Below, piece by piece: positions 11,845-22,357 of a stretch of DNA of 36,353 bases (the stretch's first letter is position 1; each line of letters starts with the position of its first letter). Under the pieces are notes generated by a model. It was not told the DNA's origin. It saw only the letters and a program-made list of their open reading frames with translations, and did not search any database. The stretch covers positions 1-36,353 of the forward strand of contig JAYZQJ010000272.1 of NCBI GenBank assembly GCA_036149055.1. The letters are read 5' to 3'. A program made the translations under genes and the position numbers. This DNA comes from Myxococcota bacterium (GTDB lineage: Bacteria; Myxococcota_A; Polyangia; Polyangiales; Sandaracinaceae).

Positions 11845-14385
11845 GTGAGTCAGGGCCGCATCCTCCCCTTGGTGGGACCGCTCCTCGCGCTCTACCTCAT
11901 CGCCGAGGTGGCAGCGTCGGGCGAGGCGCTCGACCTGGGCGCGCTGGGCCTGTGCGCGCTGGCGCTGCTCGTGTCGGCGGCGCCCGCCTGGTTCCTCCGC
12001 GGCGTCGAGAGCCCCGGCGTGCGCCGCGTGACGCTCCTCGGGCTCGCCTGCGGGGCGGTCCTCGTGCGGGCCGCGGCGCCCTCGCTGGCCTCGCCCTACC
12101 TGGACCTCGCGGCGGCGGTCGGGCTCCCCCTCGCCGGCGCGCTCACCGCCCACCTCGCGCTCGACGTGCCCGACCGGCCCAAGGTGCTCGACCGGCGCGG
12201 GCTCGTCTGGCTGGTCTGGGGCGGGGCCGCGGGCGCCTGCGTCGGGGCGCTCCTCGCCGACGCCCCCGCGATGCCGGTCGGCGGCGACGTGCTGATCGTG
12301 CCGCAGCGCTGGGCCTGGGCCGCGCCGATCTCGGCCGTCGTCGGGGCGGTGATCGCCGGGGCCCTGCGGGTGGCGCGCCGTCGGCTCGGGAGCGCGCCGG
12401 ACGCCCTCGCCAGCAACGGGTCGGCCACCCTCGGGGTCGCGGTCGCCGTCGTCGCCGGGGTGGCCGGGCTCGCGCTGGTGCGGGGCGACGCGCTGGCCCC
12501 CCGGGTCGCCCGCGGGCTCTGGGCGCTGTCGCTCGTGGCGCTGCTCGCGGGGCACGTGGCCATGCTCGGCGCGCGCCGTCAGGTCCACGCCGGCCGCAGC
12601 ACCCGCCGCCTGATCGCGGGCGCGCTCGCGGTGGGCGCGGTCTCGATCGCGGCGGCCCTCTGGGTGGGCGAGCTCCCCCGGGACCCGGTCGCGATCGGGG
12701 TGGGCGTCGCGGCCTGCGCGATCGCCGCCGCGCTCCTCTACCGGGCCGCGCTGGCGGGAGTGCGCCGGCTCCTCGCGCCGTTCGGCGGCCGCCTCATCGA
12801 GGGCGCGGCCGAGGCCCTGCGCCGCGCGGTCGGCGCCACCGACCTCGAGCAGCTCGGCGCCGCGATCCTGCCCCCGCTGCGGCGGGCCTCCGGCAGCCTC
12901 GACGCCGACCCCTACCTCTTCCTGCTCGACCCGCCGCGCGAGGTCCGCGTCGACGCGGCGAGCATCGCCCACGTCGAGCCCCGCGAGCTCTCGCCGGCGC
13001 TCGTCGCCCGGCTGCAGGAGAAGCCCGGCGAGGTGGTGATCGCCGCGCCCCTCGCCGAGCAGGTGGTGCGGCGCGCCGACCTGAGGCCGCTCGCCGAGGC
13101 CCTCGAGCGCCTCGACGCCGCCTGCGTGGTGCCCCTCTCGGTCGACTTCGAGGTGGAGGGCGCGCTGGTCGTCCCGCGGGGGCGTCGCCGCGCCGCGCTC
13201 ACCCTCGAGGAGATCCACGGCCTCGAGAAGCTCGGTCGCCACCTCGGCGGCCAGGTCGCGATGCTCGCCCAGCACGAGCGCGGGCGCCGGCGCACCCGCG
13301 ACGCGGTGGTCGCCCGCGAGAAGCTCTCCGAGCAGCTCGAGCAGGCGCAGGAGGAGCTCGAGAAGCTGCGCGCCGACACCCGCATCCTCAAGGCGGGCGG
13401 GGCGGCCGAGCGCTTCACCGAGCCGGCCATCGCCTACAGCCCGCCGATGCGGCAGCTCACCCGCCGGGTCCAGGAGGTCGGGCCGGTCGACGCGCCGGTG
13501 CTCCTGCGCGGCGAGGAGGGCACGCCGCTCGACCGGGTCGCGCACCTCGTGCATCAGGCCGGCGGCCGGCGCGGAGGCCCCTTCGTCGTGGCCGAGTGCG
13601 CGGCGGTCCGCCCCGAGCGCACCGAGGCGACGCTCTTCGGGGAGGCCAGCGGGAGCCCCGGCTGGCTCCGGCTCGCCTCGGGCGGCACCTGCCTCCTGCT
13701 CGACGTGCCGGCGCTCTCCCTCGAGGCGCAGGCGAAGCTGGCCGAGGCGCTCGCGACGCACCGGGCGCCGCTCGCCGACGGCACCGGGAGCTACCTCCTC
13801 GAGGCGCGGCTGATCGCGACCAGCCGGGTCCCCCTCGGGCCCCTCGTCGCCGCCGGCACCTTCGACGCCGAGCTCCACCGGCGGCTCGAGCCGCTCGTGC
13901 TCGAGGTGCCGCCGCTCCGCGAGCGCAAGGAGGACCTGCCCGCGCTGATCCTGCTCGCCCTCGACCGCGCGTGTCGGGTGAGCGGCCGGCCGGTCATCGG
14001 CATCGACGCCGCCGCCCAGGAGCGGCTCCTCGCGCACGACTGGCCGGGCAACGCGAGCGAGCTCGCGAGCGTCGTCGACCGGGCGGTGGCCGCGGCGACC
14101 GGCGACAAGATCACCCCGGACGACCTGCCGGCGCTGGCCGAGCCGGTGGCCGCCGATCCGTGGTCGGGCACCTACGCCGAGATCGAGGCCCGGGCGCTCG
14201 AGGCGGCGATGGCGAAGGCCGACGGCAACAAGTCCGAAGCCGCCCGGCTCCTCGGCCTCAAGCGCACGACTTTCCTGGACAAATTGAAGCGCCACGACAT
14301 GGCGACGCCCTCCAAGCCGCCCCCGCCGCCCAAGAAGAAGCGCTCCCGCGGCAAGGGCGGCGAGGCGTCCGACTCCGCGGCCTGA
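11845..14385 (+). CDS. Membrane-anchored degenerate sigma54-activator-like regulator (multi-TM, GAF-like, coiled coil, inactive AAA+, Fis HTH)
   Basis: The N-terminal ~310 aa are multi-pass hydrophobic. bEBP scaffold is present (PVLLRGEEGT, GPFVVAEC, VPPLRERKED, HDWPGN) but GAFTGA is absent. HTH GNKSEAARLLGLKRTT. Confidence 0.85.
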   Translation: MSQGRILPLVGPLLALYLIAEVAASGEALDLGALGLCALALLVSAAPAWFLRGVESPGVRRVTLLGLACGAVLVRAAAPSLASPYLDLAAAVGLPLAGALTAHLALDVPDRPKVLDRRGLVWLVWGGAAGACVGALLADAPAMPVGGDVLIVPQRWAWAAPISAVVGAVIAGALRVARRRLGSAPDALASNGSATLGVAVAVVAGVAGLALVRGDALAPRVARGLWALSLVALLAGHVAMLGARRQVHAGRSTRRLIAGALAVGAVSIAAALWVGELPRDPVAIGVGVAACAIAAALLYRAALAGVRRLLAPFGGRLIEGAAEALRRAVGATDLEQLGAAILPPLRRASGSLDADPYLFLLDPPREVRVDAASIAHVEPRELSPALVARLQEKPGEVVIAAPLAEQVVRRADLRPLAEALERLDAACVVPLSVDFEVEGALVVPRGRRRAALTLEEIHGLEKLGRHLGGQVAMLAQHERGRRRTRDAVVAREKLSEQLEQAQEELEKLRADTRILKAGGAAERFTEPAIAYSPPMRQLTRRVQEVGPVDAPVLLRGEEGTPLDRVAHLVHQAGGRRGGPFVVAECAAVRPERTEATLFGEASGSPGWLRLASGGTCLLLDVPALSLEAQAKLAEALATHRAPLADGTGSYLLEARLIATSRVPLGPLVAAGTFDAELHRRLEPLVLEVPPLRERKEDLPALILLALDRACRVSGRPVIGIDAAAQERLLAHDWPGNASELASVVDRAVAAATGDKITPDDLPALAEPVAADPWSGTYAEIEARALEAAMAKADGNKSEAARLLGLKRTTFLDKLKRHDMATPSKPPPPPKKKRSRGKGGEASDSAA

Positions 14386-14401
14386 CGGGAAAATCACACG
14401 T

Positions 14402-14431
14402 CTCGAACGCCCGTTCGAGGGCCGCTATGAT
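14402..14431 (+). promoter_or_regulatory. Promoter (-10 TATGAT) overlapped by perfect palindrome CTCGAACG-cc-CGTTCGAG (operator; LexA-box-like)
   Basis: 8-bp inverted repeat at 14402-14419, TATGAT at 14426-14431, ATG at 14453. Confidence 0.55.
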
Positions 14432-14452
14432 GGCGACCCTGGGGTGGTGGCG

Positions 14453-16144
14453 ATGGGCGAGAGACGACGATGGGTGACGGGGTTGTCGCTGGCGCTCCTG
14501 ATGGGGTGCCAGGGGCAGCTGGACGATCAACGCCCGCTGCGGCCGCGAGGGCTCGACCCGATCGAGTGTGACGGCTCGCCCGCGGTGGCGGCGCCGCTCG
14601 CGAGGCTCGGGCGGCACGAGTACGAGGCCTCGCTCCGCGCGCTCTTCGGGGACGGACCGGTCGACGCGGTCGGTGACGCGCTCGCCGGCGTGCCGACCGA
14701 GCAGTCGGAGACCGAGGTCCCGTTCGCGCGCACCGACCGCCGGCTCTCGCAGCAGCACATCGACGCGTACTACCGGACGGCCGACGCCCTCGCCTCGCAG
14801 CTCGGGGCCGACCGGGAGCTGCGGATCCGGCTCGCCGGGGACTGCGCCGCCGACGGGGTCGACGACGCGTGCCTCCGGAACTTCGCCGGCGCCTTCCTGC
14901 GCCGCGCGCTCCGCCACCCGCCCAGCGACGAGGAGCTCGCCCGCGCCCTCGGCGCCGCCGACGGCCTCGAGGGCTTCGATCGGCTGCACGCCGTGGTCTT
15001 CGTCACCCTGATGGGCCCCGACTTCCTCTACCGCTTCGAGAACCGCGGTGCGCCGGAGAGCGGGCGGGTGATCGCGCTGACGCCCCACGAGCTGGCGAGC
15101 CGGCTCAGCTACCACTTCTGGGGCGGCCCGCCGGACGACGCGCTCCTCGCCGCCGCCGAGGACGGCTCCCTCGCGACCGACGAGGGCTACGCCGCGCAGG
15201 TCGATCGGCTGCTGGCCGATCCGCGCACCGACGCGATGCTCGAGGTCTTCTTCGGCGAGTGGCTCCACCTCGAGGGAGGCGAGCTCACCGACGGGCCGCG
15301 CCTCGAGGTGCTGCGGCAGGGCCTCGAGACCGACGGGCTGACCGCGGAGATGCGCGACGAGGTGCACCAGCTCTTGCGATGGCACATGGAGCGGGGCGAC
15401 GGCTGGGGCGACGTGCTCACCTCGCCGTACTCGTTCGCGCGCGACGAGCGGCTCGCCAGCATCTACGGCGTGCCCGCCTGGGACGGCGCGAGCGAGCCGC
15501 CCCGCCTCCCGGAAGGCGAGCGCTCGGGCCTGATCACCCGGGCCGCCTTGCTCCAGACGTCCGACGGCTCGACCAACCCCTTCCGCCGGGGCGCGTTCCT
15601 GCGGCGCATGGTGCTGTGTGACCGGGTGGATCCGCCGCCGAGCGACCTCGACCCGGACGCGCTGACGCCGCCGCCGACCGCGCCGGGCACGACCACCCGC
15701 GAGGCGTTCGCGGCGAAGGTGACCAACGAGCCCTGCGCCAGCTGTCACGCGCGCTTCTCGCCGCTCGGCTACGCGATGGAGGCGTACGACGGGCTCGGCC
15801 GGTACCGCGCCGCCGAGTGGCTCGTCAGCACCGAGGGCGTCGATCACGGCATGGCCCCGGTCGACACCGCCGTCGTCCCCGAGATCGAGTGGGGCGACCT
15901 CACGCCGGCCGAGGGGCCGGTCGAGGTCAGCCAGCGCATCGCCGACAGCCCGAAGGCGAACCTCTGCCTGGTCACCCAGTACTTCCGCTTCACCCACCGC
16001 CGCGAGGAGCACGAGGACGCGGATCTCTGCCTCATCGAGGACCTCGCGACCCGCGTCGAGGACGGGCTCTCGCTCGAGGACGCGCTCCGCGCCGTCGCCC
16101 TCGACCCCTCGTTCCGCCTGCGCCGCCTCGAGAGGGAGGACTGA
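14453..16144 (+). CDS. DUF1592/DUF1588/DUF1595 family lipoprotein with one CxxCH
   Basis: Lipobox LLMGC; LARLGRHEYEASLRALFG; PDFLYRFE; ELASRLSYHFWGGPPDDALL; RSGLITRA; TNPFRRG; CASCH; PLGYAMEAYDGLGRYR. Start could be GTG 14444 or 14447. Confidence 0.9.
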   Translation: MGERRRWVTGLSLALLMGCQGQLDDQRPLRPRGLDPIECDGSPAVAAPLARLGRHEYEASLRALFGDGPVDAVGDALAGVPTEQSETEVPFARTDRRLSQQHIDAYYRTADALASQLGADRELRIRLAGDCAADGVDDACLRNFAGAFLRRALRHPPSDEELARALGAADGLEGFDRLHAVVFVTLMGPDFLYRFENRGAPESGRVIALTPHELASRLSYHFWGGPPDDALLAAAEDGSLATDEGYAAQVDRLLADPRTDAMLEVFFGEWLHLEGGELTDGPRLEVLRQGLETDGLTAEMRDEVHQLLRWHMERGDGWGDVLTSPYSFARDERLASIYGVPAWDGASEPPRLPEGERSGLITRAALLQTSDGSTNPFRRGAFLRRMVLCDRVDPPPSDLDPDALTPPPTAPGTTTREAFAAKVTNEPCASCHARFSPLGYAMEAYDGLGRYRAAEWLVSTEGVDHGMAPVDTAVVPEIEWGDLTPAEGPVEVSQRIADSPKANLCLVTQYFRFTHRREEHEDADLCLIEDLATRVEDGLSLEDALRAVALDPSFRLRRLERED

Positions 16145-16145
16145 C

Positions 16146-17774
16146 ATGCGCTTCGACCGACTCTCTCGCCGACTCTTCCTCACCGGCGCCGGGGGCGCGC
16201 TGCTCGCCGTGCCGCTCCTGCCCTCGCTGCTCCCACGGGAGCTCCGCCCGATCGCGAAGGCCGCCGGCCCGGACTGCCCGAAGCGGTTCATCGCGATCAA
16301 GACCTACAACGGCATGCCGGTGCTCGACTGGTATCCGCGCAACCCGCCTTCCGGCTACGAGACCCACTCGGTCGACGGCACCGTGCGGCTGAGCGCGCCG
16401 CTGCCCGAGGCGACCGGTCGGCACGCGAGCGGCGCCGAGTACTTCGGCACCCAGGCCCCCCTGAGCGACTTCGCGGGCCGGGATCTCTCGAACGTCTTCT
16501 CGAGCGAGTTCGAGCGGCACCACGACGAGATGCTGCTCTTCCGCGGCCTCGACTTCATGCCGGGGCTCAACCACAACTACGGCGGCTACCTCGGCAACCT
16601 CGGCCTCAACACCAACGGGACCGGCGGCCCGGTCGACGGCGCGCAGATCAACGCGACCATCGATCACGTCATGGCCGCGTCGCCGAGCGTCTACGCCGCG
16701 CCGCCCCTCGGCCCGCGCGTGCTCCACCTCGGCAGCCGCCGGAACACCTCGTCCTACGCGCCGACCAACCCGTCGGACGTGCTCGCGATCGGTCGCGACG
16801 CGATCCAGCAGGCCCAGGCCTTCGTGAACCCGCGCGCCGCGTTCGACGCGGTCTTCGCCATGGCGCCCAGCCCGATGGGGGAGCCGCCGGGGGTCTCGGC
16901 CCGGCTGGTCGACCGGGTGCGCGAGGACTACCGCCGCGCCTGGGAGGGCCCGCACCTGTCGCGCGACGACCGGGACGTGCTCGACCGGCACATGACCTAC
17001 CTGAGCGAGCTCGAGGCGCGCGTGAACCGGATGGAGGCGGTGCTCTGCGATCCCACGCGCCCCGGCGACCTCGACACCGGCGGGGAGTTCAGCGTCGACG
17101 TCGGTCAGATCGAGGATCTCTTCGACGCGTTCGTCGACATGACGGCCGCGGCGCTCGCGTGTGACGCCACCCGGATCGTCACCCTCGACGTGACCAAGAT
17201 GGTCGTGAACGACGGCGGCGACATCTTCGGCATGGGCGACTCCGAGAACGCCGACTCGGCCGGCCGCGACAACTGGCACTTCCAGGCCCATCAGTGGGAC
17301 GACAACGCCAGGCGCTGGCTCGGGCTCGGCGGGCGCTGGGTCGCCGATCGGGTGGTCCTGCCCCTCCTCGATCGACTCGCCGAGGCCTCCGCCGGCGACG
17401 GCACCTCGGTGCTCCATCACTCCATGGTCATGTGGAGCAACGAGCTCAGCTTCAACCATCTGAACTACAGCGTCCCGACGGCGATGTGGGGGAGCGCGGG
17501 CGGCCAGCTCCGGACCGGGCGCTTCATCGACTACGTCGACCACGACCGCCCCATCCGGTTCCGTCAGCACGACGGCTCGGTGGTCGAGGGCGTGCAGTTC
17601 AACCGCCTGCTCGTGACGATCATGCAGGCGATGGGGCTGACGCCGGACGAATACGAGCGCGAGCCGGGCCGCGGATACGGCGAATATCGCACCGTCGGCA
17701 AGGGCGACGGCTTCGCCCGCGACTACGACGAGACGACCGTCGGGCGCCCCCTGCCGGACCTCTTCGTGACGTGA
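16146..17774 (+). CDS. DUF1552 (HXXSHH) family protein, Tat-exported
   Basis: SRRLFLTGAGGALLAVPLLPSL Tat signal; PRAAFDAVF; DRDVLDRHMTYLSELE; AALACDATRI; WHFQAH; GTSVLHHS; canonical partner of DUF1592, 1-bp gap. Confidence 0.9.
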   Translation: MRFDRLSRRLFLTGAGGALLAVPLLPSLLPRELRPIAKAAGPDCPKRFIAIKTYNGMPVLDWYPRNPPSGYETHSVDGTVRLSAPLPEATGRHASGAEYFGTQAPLSDFAGRDLSNVFSSEFERHHDEMLLFRGLDFMPGLNHNYGGYLGNLGLNTNGTGGPVDGAQINATIDHVMAASPSVYAAPPLGPRVLHLGSRRNTSSYAPTNPSDVLAIGRDAIQQAQAFVNPRAAFDAVFAMAPSPMGEPPGVSARLVDRVREDYRRAWEGPHLSRDDRDVLDRHMTYLSELEARVNRMEAVLCDPTRPGDLDTGGEFSVDVGQIEDLFDAFVDMTAAALACDATRIVTLDVTKMVVNDGGDIFGMGDSENADSAGRDNWHFQAHQWDDNARRWLGLGGRWVADRVVLPLLDRLAEASAGDGTSVLHHSMVMWSNELSFNHLNYSVPTAMWGSAGGQLRTGRFIDYVDHDRPIRFRQHDGSVVEGVQFNRLLVTIMQAMGLTPDEYEREPGRGYGEYRTVGKGDGFARDYDETTVGRPLPDLFVT

Positions 17775-17873
17775 CGTCCCGCACCCGTCGGGCCGGGCCA
17801 GCTTGACATGGGTCGCAGTCTGGAGACTCTTGCGTGCAACGGTCGGCCTTTCCTTGGTCACAGAGCGGGAACG

Positions 17874-18761
17874 ATGAAGAATCTAATCTGGGAAGAAGTT
17901 GCTCCATATGGGTTGATGAGCGTCCCCAAACGCTCCCGCTGGGACCTCCCGGATCTGATGGGTGAGGTCGGTGAGTACTTCGACTGTGGCGCGCGGGTGG
18001 GGCCGGGGGACACGGTCTTCGACGTCGGCGCCAACGTCGGCGCCTTCGCCATCGAGACCGCGCGCCGAGCCCAGAGCGACGTCTCCCTCTACTGCTTCGA
18101 GCCGGTCCCTCCGATCTTCAGCGCCCTGAGCGCGAACGCGAGCCGCAACGACTGGCTGGGCCAGGCCCGGACCCACCTCTTCGACCGCGCCGTCGTCGCC
18201 GAGAGCGACCCCGATCACACCGACCTCGCGTTCTTCCGCCGCTTCCCGACCGACTCGACCTGCGACATCCAGGAGAAGCGGCGCGACTTCGACATGTTCT
18301 TCGCGCAGAAGGGCACCGCCTTCCGCGCCGCCCTCGCTCCGCGCGTCGGTCAGACCGTCGCGGCGGCGGTCGGCCACCTCGTGACGACGATGCCCAAGGG
18401 AGGCCTCGGCCGCGCGGTGAGCGACCTCGTGACCGGCCACGTGCGCATGCGCGCGCCCACCACCACGCTCTCCAAGGTCGTGCAGGAGAAGCAGGTGACC
18501 CGCATCGACCTGCTCAAGATCGACGTCGAGGGCGCCGAGCTCCGCGTGCTCCTCGGCATCTCCGACGCGCACTGGCCGCTGGTCGAGCAGATCGTGCTCG
18601 AGGGCCACGACCGGGACGGTCGTCTCGACGTCATCGGCGGGCTGCTCACCGAGAAGGGCTTCGAGATCGCCCACCTCGGCAAGCCCGACGGCGCCGACGA
18701 GAAGGGCCTCGACAGCTTCCTGCTCTACGCCCGCCGCCCGAAGATCAACGGGCACGCCTGA
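17874..18761 (+). CDS. FkbM family SAM-dependent methyltransferase
   Basis: VFDVGANVGAF, YCFEPVP, RIDLLKIDVEGAELRVLLG. ATG 17874 follows GGGA; TTGACA at 17803. Confidence 0.92.
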   Translation: MKNLIWEEVAPYGLMSVPKRSRWDLPDLMGEVGEYFDCGARVGPGDTVFDVGANVGAFAIETARRAQSDVSLYCFEPVPPIFSALSANASRNDWLGQARTHLFDRAVVAESDPDHTDLAFFRRFPTDSTCDIQEKRRDFDMFFAQKGTAFRAALAPRVGQTVAAAVGHLVTTMPKGGLGRAVSDLVTGHVRMRAPTTTLSKVVQEKQVTRIDLLKIDVEGAELRVLLGISDAHWPLVEQIVLEGHDRDGRLDVIGGLLTEKGFEIAHLGKPDGADEKGLDSFLLYARRPKINGHA

Positions 18762-19229
18762 TCAGAGCGCGGCGAGCGCCTGCGGCAGCCCCCGGAGCGC
18801 CGCCCGGATGGCCCCCTGCGCGGCGGCCACCTCGGGCGTCGCGTGCGCGGGCACGGTGGCCGCGCCCTGCAGCATCGAGCGGGTCCGCTCCGGCGGCCCC
18901 GCGGTGCTGATCGTGATGAGGCAGCGCGCCCGGGTGCCGCGCGGGGTCGAGCGCAGCTCGGCGAGGTTCACGTCGAGCCGGAGATCGGCCACGTCGGGCT
19001 CCGCCATCGCGTCCAGCGCCGCCGCGATCTCTCGCACCGCCTCCCGCCGCACCGCGGCGAGCGAGCCCTCGTCGAGCGCGACGCCTCCCTCCGTGGTCAG
19101 CGTCCGCAGCACGGTCGACTCCACGAGCGCCTCGTAGCGGTAGACCCGCGCCGCCTCGGGAGCCGGCGCCGCGGCGCCGCACCCGATCAGCAGCGAGACG
19201 AGAGCAGAGATCACGAACGGGCGTCTCAT
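18762..19229 (-). CDS. Hypothetical lipoprotein (155 aa)
   Basis: MRRPFVISALVSLLIG/C lipobox; ATGA overlap with the upstream gene. Confidence 0.8.
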   Translation of the reverse strand: MRRPFVISALVSLLIGCGAAAPAPEAARVYRYEALVESTVLRTLTTEGGVALDEGSLAAVRREAVREIAAALDAMAEPDVADLRLDVNLAELRSTPRGTRARCLITISTAGPPERTRSMLQGAATVPAHATPEVAAAQGAIRAALRGLPQALAAL

Positions 19230-20295
19230 GGGGCTGACGTCACTCCTTCGCCGCCGTCCATCGGCGCGTCGATCGCGCAGGTCACGGGTCCGGTCGGGGT
19301 CACCGACAGGACCACGCCCCGGGCCAGGCTGACGTGATCCTCCGGGTGAGGTGCGATCTGGAGCCCGCCGTCCTCGAGCTCTCCGAGTCTCACGAAGCGA
19401 GTCCCCGGCGCCAGGCCGCCGACCGGCTCGGGCGCGCTGGTCTCCGTTCGAGCGTGGACGGCCAGCGGCTCGCGAGACCTACAGACGGTCTGCGAGGGCT
19501 CGGCTCCTCTCTGCCCGAGTCCTCCGAAGCCGCCTCGACCTGACGTCTCCTGCAGAGCCCCCACGTCTACCCAGCCGGCGATCAGGTGGCCGCGAACCTC
19601 GAACGCCACCCGCGCCGAGCCCGCGCGCCGCTCCACCACGCCGACGCGACGTGGACCGTCGAGGAGGGCGAGCGTCCGTCCGCCCGGGGCTTCCCGGAGG
19701 GGGATCTCCGTGGAGGGCGCGAGAGACGAGCGCTCGATCGACGCCGGGTCGAGGCCGAGCTCCGCCCACGCCGAGCCCCGGTGTGGCGAGCGCAGCCCCA
19801 GCGCGTCGCACGCGACGACGGCCGTCGGCTGAACGACCCAGCGCACGCCGTCGGAGATCCCGGGGCCGTTGTCGCTCAGGCCGACGCGGAGGCGACCGTC
19901 CGCCTCGATCGCGAAGACCCTCACCGCCCGGCCGGCGGCCAGAGCGACGCCTGCGCCGAGCGGACGGGCCGCCTGGACGCGCAGCGTGCGGTCACGACCC
20001 GGATCCGCGGCGCCGCGCAGCGACCAGCCGCCGCGCGTCACCGTCAGCACGACGCGGTCGGGCGACACGAGGTCCGCGCGCACGTCGCCGCCGCTCACGA
20101 GCGCCAGCTCGAAGCCGCCTCGCGCCGCCCGCACGGTGCCGATGTTCCAGGAGCCCTCGAAGCGGCACGTGGGTGTCGGGACCGCCGGCTCGCTGGCTCG
20201 AGGCGCCCGAGTCTCGACGGGAGGGGCGCCGCCGCCGCAGCCAGAGAGCAAGAGCGCGAGCGCGAGGCCCTCGCGGTAGATCGAAGGCGAACGGG

Positions 20296-20299
<4 letters not shown>
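19226..20299 (-). CDS. Hypothetical lipoprotein (357 aa), possibly SH3-like beta-rich
   Basis: LALALLLSG/C lipobox; GTGA overlap with ABC-F stop; PLREAPGG...AGWVD is SH3b-like (weak). Confidence 0.75.
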
Positions 20300-22296
<1,997 letters not shown>

Positions 22297-22357
22297 GCGG
22301 CTGAGCTAGCACGCCCCGCGGACCTGTCACCCGGCCGTCGTGATAGGTTTTCGGATC

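Noticed and set aside
14453..18761. Secondary-metabolite biosynthetic cluster
   Set aside because: FkbM and MpaB-like genes are isolated; no PKS, NRPS, RiPP-modifying or terpene core enzyme is present.
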